A DNA stretch of 17,900 nt from Ginkgo biloba (lineage: Eukaryota; Plantae; Ginkgophyta). Numbering within the stretch: the stretch's first letter is position 1; each line of letters opens with the position of its first letter. The notes under the pieces are model-generated. The model saw nothing but the letters and a program-made list of their open reading frames with translations. It did not search any database and was not told the DNA's origin. Positions 9,294 to 17,900 of the stretch are shown here, piece by piece. Made by a program: the position numbers and the translations under genes. The DNA lies in assembly GCA_024626585.2 (NCBI GenBank), contig JANKJI020000002.1, positions 3,285,188 through 3,303,087 on the forward strand, read 5' to 3'.

Positions 9294-9342
9294 TTCATTA
9301 AACATGCTTGCCTTTGGAAAGATATTGAAGAAACTAGACAAG
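9294..9342 (+). CDS. PHO1: PHO1-family 49-nt exon encoding the SPX lysine surface cluster
   Basis: Acceptor tttttgtttgtaacAG (9292-9293) with CTGAT upstream. Reads T TCA TTA AAC ATG CTT GCC TTT GGA AAG ATA TTG AAG AAA CTA GAC AAG = SLNMLAFGKILKKLDK, then donor AAG|GTACAT at 9343. Matches the SPX signature LN..AF.KILKKFDK. Confidence 0.9.
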
Positions 9343-10687
9343 GTACATAATAATTCTATTCATGCTTTCACAAATGTATGTTTTTACTTCATGTAAGAGA
9401 AGGTAAAACTTGTTAACTACATCTAAATAGTATGAAAGACTTGATCAACCTATAAGTAATGAAGGTTATTGATTTTGAAACTTGATTTCTNNNNNNNNNN
9501 NNNNNNNNTATGAAGAAACTCTTTGCAAGCAAGGTCAAGCCTATTTGAGGCAATCTTGCTTCGTGGAAATCTTAATTGCTTCTCTCAATTACTATATTAC
9601 CAACCTTACCCTTGATTTTTGACAGAAAGCAAAAAACTCTCTCAATGAAAACCTTCATATGAGAATTTTTGGAGGTTGCATTAAATGAAAATGAAAATTG
9701 ATGATCAACAACTTATGGAAATCTTTTTGGAGTGAATGATAACTTCTTGAAGAAATAACAAAGCTAAGGTTTCATGGACAGCTGTAGCATTAAACTAGAT
9801 CAAATTTTCATCAACATGGAATGCTTCCTCACATTTGAAGGCTTGAATTGCCTTTACATGTGCTATCTGAATGCAATTTTGGTGAATTCTTTCAATGTCT
9901 TAGTTAATCTTTCTCCATAGTATTGTTTTTATTTTTAAAAACCATGCTTCATCTTCATATACTCTCTTTGTAGAGTACCTTCATCTGCATGCTTTATCAT
10001 CTTTTTCATCATCCATCATGCATGAACTCCCTCAGTGTTCTCTCATTGCTTTCCATCATGCTTAGGCTTTGTGGTTGCTTTCATTGTTTTTTGTGGATTG
10101 TATCTTCATTTCCCTAAGCTCTTATTTTTCTTATCGTAAGCTCCATTCATCCACATTGTAATAGTCCAACACATATACCTACGCAAAAATATGTTCAACA
10201 TGCACTCACTAAAACATTAGTCTATGGTTAAGGTTTAGGCTTCCTAAGGCTGTAGGTGCTAGGATGTTATCTAGGAGGTAGAGATAGGTATTATAGCTCT
10301 GCTATTTTTGGCCATGTGAACCACCTCATCATCAAGGCTAGGGGGAAAACCTTGGAGCTCCATAAAGTACACGCATTAGCATCTAATGGCATTAACACCA
10401 GATTCTAGCCCTTGTATTCTTTCTCCATGATAGGAGGTAGCATCCAACCATGCAGGTTCATGAGAGCACTAAGGCTCGCCCCCTGGCCACTTGAAGTGCA
10501 AGATTGCAACTATTCCACTATAGGACATGGTTCCATTGCCCCGTTGTTAATGCTAGCCATGGTTTATGTTGGACTTTTAAACCCNNNNNNNNNNNNNNNN
10601 NNNNNNNNNNNNNNNNNNNNNNNNNNNNNNNNNNNNNNNNNNNNNNNNNNNNNNNNNNNNNNNNNNNNNNNNNNNNNNNNNNNNTTT

Positions 10688-11200
10688 ATTAATTATTGAA
10701 AGATGGATGGATCATTACATAACCAAAATGACATCACTCTAAACTCGTAATGTCCTTAGTGTATTCAAAATGTCGTCTTAAGTCTATCCTTAAATCAAAT
10801 ATGGATTTGTTAGTATCCATATATGAGGTTAATATTTGAAAAATATTTATCCCCATGTAATTCATCCATTAGGTCATCAATCCTGGGCATGGAGAACTTA
10901 TTTTTCACTATTATATTATTTAGTTCTCTATAGTACACATATAACATGAAGTATGCATCCTTATTTCTTGATAATACTACTATCATTGCATATGGGATTT
11001 TACTTTTAGAAGTTATTCCAAAATCTAATAGGACATATTCCAACCTTTTAATTTATAATTTTTGTTTAAAATTATACCTATGAGCTATGGAAATGGTATT
11101 CCCTTTCCTATGTTCGACCTATATTATATGTTCCATTCCTTTATCTATGGATAACTCCTTAGGTAAGTCTTGGAATACTTGTGGGTGTCTATTAATTACC
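10688..11200 (-). mobile_element. Ty3/gypsy (chromovirus-type) reverse transcriptase N-terminal remnant
   Basis: The minus strand reads VFQDLPKEL..MEHII... then SKIPYA..VVL..KD....LYVYYRELNNIIVKNKFSMPRIDDLMDELHGDKYFSNINL.YGY*QI...KTTF..H*GHYEFRVMSF.LCNDPSIFQ. Many stops are present. Confidence 0.9.
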
Positions 11201-12028
11201 ACATTGATCTCATTTTTTAACCTTTAGTAAGATCATCATGGTTTGATGCTAGTTCTTTTATTTGATATTCCATGCAATATAACCTAGTTATAAGTTATAA
11301 TCCAAGATGGAATTTTTACAAATGATGCAATAAGTATGTTTTATATGTGGGACCTATGCATCTACCACAACACAACGCATTAGACAATTAAGCCCAAGTT
11401 TAATCACTATTGGAATTTTACACACAACAATAAAGACTTAATCACATCAATATGGTATGTTAATACCCTACTCCTAAGAAAGAGAAGTGTCCTAGAACAC
11501 CGAAAAGCTTGCTTCTCCTATTTTTTGTGTGAATAGTAAATTTGGGCAACAACTTTTCCAAAACCCTCTATGAAGTATTATATTCATGGTATATACTATG
11601 GTTTGGTCCAAATTAACTCCAACTAATAGGATGCCTTCAAGGATTTTTTTTCTAAAGCAAAAGGAAAGGGCTTTTACTAGCCACAAGTGCTTGAGATCAA
11701 ATCGATGTCCACTTTTTGTAGTGTATTTACCGTGCATCCTGACTTCTACTTCAAAAATGCATTTATACTAACTTTCAGGCATCTATTCATGAATTGTAAT
11801 GTTAATTAGCATGTATTTTTGTTTAATTAGTCATTAGTTCATCAAATTGTACTTTATACTTAGTTGTACTTTTGTACTTAGTTAAATATTTAACTTTCAC
11901 TTAAATGGGTAAATCCCACATTTGTANNNNNNNNNNNNNNNNNNNNNNNNNNNNNNNNNNNNNNNNNNNNNNNNNNNNNNNNNNNNNNNNNNNNNNNNNN
12001 NNNNNNNNNNNNNNNNNNNNNNNNNNAA

Positions 12029-12638
12029 TGATAGTCCCAAAAGAGACGGGAATGGCAGTCTATTGCTCTCACCAACAAGGTTGCATTCTAGTGTCTTTAG
12101 AACAAATCATTGGCAACCAAGATGGATTGGAGACAATAAAACAAATGCACACATTGTAGAAAGAAATGAAGTGTTTATTACTGATAAGTCAAATACACGG
12201 ATTATAATGGAGTATATGAATGATTGATGTCATAACTACCATTAGGCATTACATTTATAGGCTTCAAGAGCACCTTTTCATATGGTTGCCATTTATTCCT
12301 AACTAATATTATTATTAACTAGGCTACCTAATGGTTTGTAATAGTTCTGTCACGAATGTTGTTTATTAACAACAGTTACAAATGCGATTGGGTTAATCTT
12401 TCATTTGCAACTGGAGACTATTTGCTTGACTGAGATAATTAATAATTGCAATAACTGCAGTTGCTTGCAATTAGAGATTGTTGCTTGATGCGATCGACTA
12501 TTGTTTGTTGGCTTGCGATTGGGTGTTGTCTATGGGATGATCGACTTCTTGATGTCTTGTGATCAGATGCTACTGTGACATGATCGACTTCTGTGGGTTG
12601 GAATCGTGCACTGCTTTATCTATGATTGATCTCTAACA
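12029..12638 (-). mobile_element. Probable solo LTR, about 610 bp
   Basis: Termini are TGATAG (12029) and CTAACA (12638), an imperfect inverted repeat. On the minus strand, U3-like sub-repeats (gatcgact three times between 12490 and 12590) come first, then CCTATAAAT (12253-12261), then AATAAA (about 12174-12179), which is LTR order. A TSD cannot be confirmed because a gap abuts the left end. Confidence 0.55.
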
Positions 12639-12670
12639 TGTGATCAAATTGTAGCTAATAGGGGTCATAC

Positions 12671-12685
12671 CTTTGATACCATTTG
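12671..12685 (-). promoter_or_regulatory. tRNA-iMet primer binding site with adjacent LTR end
   Basis: The minus strand reads ..ttgaaCA-aa-TGGTATCAAAG, which fits the canonical LTR-CA, 2-nt spacer, TGGTATCAGAGC arrangement. Confidence 0.65.
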
Positions 12686-13142
12686 TTCAAGGATATTTGG
12701 AAGCTTATAAAGAATTAGAATGGTGATGCACTATGCCAAACTTGCTTTTTCCAACATAACTCGAACCAAATCATTAGAAGAAAGTCTTGCCCACTAGTCC
12801 CTCAATTTTGGAAAATCCACTAGATACCATTGTCACTCAATGCCCCAAAGGGAGCCCACCAGTAGGTGACCCAATTTTAATTTCTGTCACCTTGGTGGCC
12901 TTCTAGGGTTTTGAACTTGGGGTAGCATGCCCCACTCCTTTTTCCACCTTTGCCTCTACTACCAGCCATATCATGCAATGAATTACTACAAAATTAAACA
13001 TGGATAAATTTGAACAAAAATTATGCGGTTGATAATTGGTTGNNNNNNNNNNNNNNNNNNNNNNNNNNNNNNNNNNNNNNNNNNNNNNNNNNNNNNNNNN
13101 NNNNNNNNNNNNNNNNNNNNNNNNNNNNNNNNNNNNNNNNNN

Positions 13143-14020
13143 GTCCTCGAAATAGCTAATATCTATGCGCCAAACATACCTTGGAGCAAAAAAAAATGTA
13201 ACAATGGCTCTGGGATAATTTGCCACCAGCTTCTTGGGTCCTATGTGGAGACTTCAACATGATAGAAGACAGAGGATAAGCTAGGGGGTCTTCCCCCCAA
13301 AGCGAGTTGTAGAGGAAAGAGATGCATTGCAGGGACTCAAAGGGTGCCTAAGGATTTACGACCCCAACAGNNNNNNNNNNNNNNNNNNCCCTGGTTTACC
13401 TGGTGAAACTTCAAGCACAAGCAAAACAAATGGCTTGATAAACTTATGCTTTCAGAGGACAATCTTTTTAGAGTCCAAAGCAAGACAGGCAGGCATGTCC
13501 AAGTTCTTACCCATGCTTCCCTATCAAACCATAGTCCCATCTCATTATAGATTGCCTGGGGAGAGAACAAAATGCCTAGAAGAAGCACCACATTCAAGAT
13601 GAATGCCAATGGCTACTTTATACATGCTGACCAAACAAACGTCCATGAGACTATGGGGTGTATAGAGGTTTTTGCGAAGCGTCCAACTCAACTATCCAGT
13701 GGCAAAAAATGTCAGCCTATTGGCTCAACACTAAAGAGATCCCCAATTGGGCGCATGCCTTTCGGTGGAAGTGGATCCAAACAAGAGAGGTATTCAAATT
13801 CCCGGGCATACCTTTTGGCTTTCAAGCTTCTTAAGAAACATGTGGTTGTTTGTGCTTGACAAAATAGAAAAAAAGCTAGACTATTAGGCCACCAAGCCCA
13901 TGAGTCTACCAACTAGATTTCAAATTGCTATTAAGGTCCTTACAACGACCCATATTTATTAATCGACCTGTTGGGCCCCTGCCAAAGTCGCTCTGGACAA
14001 GCTTCCCAAAATGATCATAA
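13143..14020 (+). mobile_element. L1-clade LINE ORF2 remnant (APE endonuclease and RT C-terminal part), internally deleted
   Basis: APE motifs appear in order across frames: NIYAPN, W..LP..WVLCGDFNMIE..DKLGG, WFTW*N, WLDKL, LSNHSPI, FKMN. RT C-terminal motifs follow: F/CEASNSTIQWQK, FKFPGIPFG, W.FVLDKIEKKL.Y*..K.MSL..R..I..KVL...IY..TCW. Confidence 0.88.
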
Positions 14021-14589
14021 GCTCAAGCTCCAACACGTGCAACTTCATGAGATGAGGAATTAAACAACGATTTGGTCTCTTAAAGAGTTCATAAAAAGGG
14101 AGTTACCAACTTCCCAACTACCACCGACAAGCTAGCTTGTCGCCATGCATAGCCAACTTCGCCACCATGTAAATTCATGCACGTTCTACTTTTCTTTGCA
14201 ACCTCTTTGTCCATTCAAAGGTGACCATCCATGTCATTCATCTGTGTCAAAGTGGACCATTCAGTCGTCAAGGACGAGCTATCTACACTGAGGCATCCAA
14301 GATGGGCTCTCTAAGAGAGGCCATCTGAGACAAGTTGTTCGATTGTTTGGATAAATTCGTTGTCTGGAGAGTTGTACTCATGCATTTTTCCATTGAAATG
14401 CAATATCATGAGTCTCGTCCCAGAATTCTATGATAGCTTGTCATTTGTCGCTGTGACAATGTTGCACATTCTAGGTTCAACTTGGCTAAACTTGTTAACA
14501 AATGCACTTCATCAATGCAGCCATGAAAAATCTTTGAAGTTTGGATTGGCATACTGTACTGGGATGTCATTGTCAATACCAAGTAGAGA

Positions 14590-15260
14590 GTGATAAATTT
14601 TTAACTTGGAGCCATTCAATGGGCCGTCTCGAATTGATCCATCCAAGTTTGTTAAATGAACTGCTCCATTATTGTGAATGACAATGGCCATGAAAGGTCC
14701 TAACCATTTGGTTTTTAGCTTACCAAGCTTGAATATAATTCATATTGCAACACTTGGGACCCCACTTGAATATTCTATTGTCGAAGATGTTGGTCATGCC
14801 AATGCTTCCTACCATTCTAAGCAATGGATGTTTCCCATTTTACTATCAACCTCCATTCATTTAGCAACAAAAGTATATGAACTTGTGCCTAAAGGCTTGC
14901 TACATCATCTTGGTGATTCTCAAGTGCAATATGCAAGATAGGAATTACAAACTCCAGTGACATCACTACTTCTTATTCATACACCAATTGGAAGGGAGAA
15001 TTCTTTGTTGTCACCTTGTAGACCATACAGAATGCCCATAGTGCCATTAGGAGTTATTCAATCCAATAGTTTTAATCAACACCACAAGTTTTATAAAGTG
15101 GCCACCAAGACTTTATTTGTGGCCTCTACATGCCCACTAGCTTGAGGGTAATACATACTTTTTGGTTCAAGATTCTTCACTTTTCCTTCAATGTTGAACG
15201 ATATGATTAACAAAATGTCCACCTTGATGACTAATCAACTTCAGTTGGTAGCTAAATTGA
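14590..15260 (-). mobile_element. Non-chromovirus Ty3/gypsy integrase remnant
   Basis: The minus strand reads LISHQGGHFVN..YYPQASGHVEATNKVL...ALWAF..VYKVTT..SPFQLVY..EVVMSLEF.IP, then GKLKTKWLGPF......NGAVHL..LDG.....LNGSKLKIY. No chromodomain follows. Confidence 0.9.
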
Positions 15261-15367
15261 NNNNNNNNNNNNNNNNNNNNNNNNNNNNNNNNNNNNNNNN
15301 NNNNNNNNNNNNNNNNNNNNNNNNNNNNNNNNNNNNNNNNNNNNNNNNNNNNNNNNNNNNGTATTGG

Positions 15368-15489
15368 GTGAGAAAGTGCTCCCTTAGTCAATAAGGAAAA
15401 AAAAGGATACAAAAATAATAAGAAAGGAAGGCGAAACCCAGTCGCTCTTGATTCCTAAGTGAGAAAGTGCTCCCTTCGTCGATAAGGAA
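15368..15489. repeat. 31-bp direct repeat, 91 bp apart
   Basis: gtgagaaagtgctcccttagtcaataaggaa (15368-15398) and gtgagaaagtgctcccttcgtcgataaggaa (15459-15489) differ at 2 positions. Confidence 0.85.
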
Positions 15490-16483
15490 GGATAAAAAGT
15501 GGTAGTACAAAATAAACTTAAGAAAAAACTCATATTTAGGCATTTTTTCCAAAGTAATGCAGATTGTTAATGCAGAAATCTCTAGCATCATGATGTATTT
15601 ATTACCAACAAAAAATATGAAATCATTTTATTATCTCAATTTGTTTTGTGAAACATTGCATGCATATGGAAATTATATGAAGACGAATAATGTTAATGAA
15701 TGTACAAATAAATGTCACGGATATTAAACACTTCAAATCACACAAAGTGAACATCCTAAGATTGATTCATGCTATAGGCAATATGCATATTATGGTAGAT
15801 ACATAAGATATGTATAAATAAATAACAAATTATAAATAAGAATTTAAAAATTAGAGCCACACAGAGACAAGTATTTTTCTTTTCAAACACAAAAATTGAT
15901 AAAGTTTGACCAAAACATGTGAATCCCACAGATTAAAAAGAATTATGAAGTCTATAAATTTTGTTTTTAATGCAGGGATATTTAGTATGGGGGATTCACG
16001 TGATAAGGATCTATTGTATTGTTAATAGGCCTATTGGAATTTTAATGATCTATCTTTAGTTAGGTGGTTGCAAATTGTGGATAAGATTTTATTCCCCATT
16101 CATGTTTATTTTTTTAATTTCTTACTTCCTTGAGATATAGTATATAAGGAGATTATAGTTTTATTAAGGATTTATTTTGTGAAGTGGTTCTTCAAAGATC
16201 AAGGCCTTATCTAAAGTAAAATGAGCTCTTTGTTGTTCTGATCGAGATGGGGGTGGCCTCAGGGTAACAAATATTAAAGTTCAAGGTACAACTCTTGCTT
16301 GTAAATGAATTATGCGAATAATGAATGGAGATAGTATGTGCCACGAGTTGGTTCGTTTGGAAATTACTTAAGTCTTGTGGATGATTGGAAGTGTATCATG
16401 TGTTGATAGCCATTATCAAGTTCAAAATGAAATGATCATTTATTTTTAAAGCAATTTGGAGGGCTTAAGAAAGGGTAGGCACT

Positions 16484-16695
16484 TTCTTTGATGGATGTGA
16501 CAGGACCACTAGAAAGGTGTCTATTCCTCATATCTCCATTTTGTGGAATTGAATGATGAAAGATAATTTTTGACCTTTTTGTGTTGTCTTTCTCAGAAAA
16601 TGCAGGGCAATGGTTCAAGAAAGGTATAAGGGTCATTAGTAACTTATGGAACTTTAGCACTAGTGATTAGTATAAGTGGTTAGAGTTCAAGGATG
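16484..16695 (+). mobile_element. Possible Ty3/gypsy gag N-terminal remnant
   Basis: Across frames it reads FFDG.DRTT... then IFDLFVLSFSENAGQWFK..I.N.W...KW.EFKD, similar to the gag pattern FDG....LFV.SL...A..WF..L....W. Confidence 0.35.
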
Positions 16696-17163
16696 TAGGG
16701 GATTCTAAAAAGACAATAAAATCTTAAGCTTAATAGATGTGTGCTGAATGCCAAGCAATATTTATATATAATCCTTACGAAAATGTGTATGCTTTGTGAG
16801 AATACAAAATGTATTGTCACTCATCACCTCCACGTTTTAACGTTGGGACCACTTGTTTTTTGCCCACCTTCTCACACATTAGTTACGTGAAGGGTCCTTT
16901 AATGGTTTAAAAGGCCCAATATTCCATGACCCTTATGCAAACCGAGTTGAAGAGTTTTTAAGCTCTTATGATTCTGGTACTAGTATAATGGTTTATTGGC
17001 TAAGGTGTTGAGTCAAATTTTGTTTGATTTTTCACAGAATCTTTAGAAGTCGATCATGTTGGATACGTGTGTGTGCAAAATTATTGTCTCTGCAAACTAT
17101 TAATAATAAGTCAGATGCACTTTGATATGCACCTTAAAATTATTTCTACGACATTAAAATTCT

Positions 17164-17180
17164 TCTCTCTCTCTCTCTCT
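17164..17180. repeat. (CT)n microsatellite
   Basis: tctctctctctctctct is directly visible. Confidence 0.8.
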
Positions 17181-17459
17181 TCACCATTGGAGAGGAAAGG
17201 AGATGATATATTTAAATTTATTTTTCTAAAAACATGTGTATATATATATTTGAAATTATGATATTTTTGCCTTTTCTATCTAGGATGTTTCAAACCATCG
17301 CCAAAGACTATGTATTCATTGCTTCTCCATACTTGAGATAACCTTGGAGGCAATTAAGTGGATGGTTATCAACAATGCAAATTGTTAGCAATGGAATTGT
17401 CAATGAGGTTGGCATTATGCATTAAACATACCATTAGAGAAGTTTATTGTCGTCGACAA

Positions 17460-17870
17460 AACATCCAAGAATGTTTTGACACCATCTAAATTGTGTGGTT
17501 GTTCTATGTTCACAATTACCTAGATTTTGTCAAGATCCATCTTCAATCCTCGCACACAAACAATGTGTTTAAGCAATTTCCTGCTTAACACCAAGAACCA
17601 ACATTTCTTGGGATTTAATGCTAGTCAAGCCTGCTAATAGATTTCTCTACACTCCTTTACTACCTTTAGATGCATTGGCACTGACCATACACTGACTAGT
17701 TGTCCTAAAATACCTTCAACTTGAAATCCTTGCAAACAATGCAAAATAATCCTTTGAAATGTTGTTGGGGAATTACAAAGTCTAAATGGCATCTTGTTGT
17801 ACACATAAATACCATAATAAATGTAGTTCTCAATCTTTTCTCCTCCACGATTAATGAACTATAATGTAAA
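17460..17870 (-). mobile_element. Non-chromovirus Ty3/gypsy reverse transcriptase remnant
   Basis: The minus strand reads RTTFI..GIYVYNKMPFRLCNSPTTFQRII...F*DN*SVY (a decayed FLDDW)...LALNPKKCWF...KLLKHIVC..GLKMDLDKI*VIV......GVKTFLG. Confidence 0.88.
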
Positions 17871-17900
17871 AGCATGTAAATTACTTTTATTTTTACTTAG

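Larger units (their letters stand above)
1171..9342 (+). pseudogene. PHO1: PHO1-family (SPX-EXS) phosphate exporter gene, SPX-domain exons only; probably a disrupted copy (one frameshift, one truncated exon)
   Basis: Three colinear segments recognised from memory as PHO1/PHO1;H1 SPX sequence, with matching splice phases: VHSRLSES.RGDVYETE..FFSTLDSQLNKVNRFY..EKEFLERGE (1171-1519); KKNSVSFV..KLEIPVTTPTMTI..VT/MLWKDLV (7878-8186); SLNMLAFGKILKKLDK (9294-9342). The first exon (MVKFSK-type) and the EXS exons were not found in the window. Confidence 0.8.

Noticed and set aside
10260-10584. Possible LINE endonuclease relic on the minus strand (WFTW..LLDNIL)
   Set aside because: It is a single weak motif without flanking GDFN or SDH motifs.
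9343-17900. Further PHO1 exons (..YL.VV..S.F.SSDK and the EXS domain)
   Set aside because: None were recognised after candidate acceptors at about 9625, 15978, 17038 and 17283. They may lie in gaps or beyond the window. The pyrimidine-rich ..ttacttAG at the window end cannot be evaluated.
1-17900. A novel multi-gene system combining RT, endonuclease, PPR and SPX
   Set aside because: All RT, integrase, gag and APE pieces are stop-ridden remnants of known Ty3/gypsy and L1 elements in mixed orientations. Their co-location is explained by TE accumulation in introns.

Overview
AT-rich land-plant nuclear DNA from a fragmented assembly: seven 100-N gaps of unknown size, one 627-N gap and three short gaps. 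The intron sizes and the repeat types suggest a large gymnosperm-type genome (inference). The backbone is the SPX-domain part of a PHO1-family (SPX-EXS) phosphate exporter gene on the + strand. It comprises an intact exon at 1171-1519, a probable 72-nt exon at 1616-1687, a damaged exon from about 7878 with a frameshift at about 8120 and loss of similarity after about 8186, and a 49-nt exon at 9294-9342 (SLNMLAFGKILKKLDK) that the ORF track misses. A degenerate PLS-class PPR fragment sits where the end of the damaged exon should be. The introns are filled with decayed mobile elements: a chromovirus-type Ty3/gypsy element (gag, integrase-chromodomain, PPT, LTR), tandem inverted gag fragments, chromovirus RT fragments, a probable solo LTR next to a tRNA-iMet PBS, an internally deleted L1-type LINE, and integrase and RT remnants of a non-chromovirus Ty3/gypsy element. 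The sequence does not support a new multi-gene system. The most interesting signal is the partly broken PHO1 locus with its PPR fragment.
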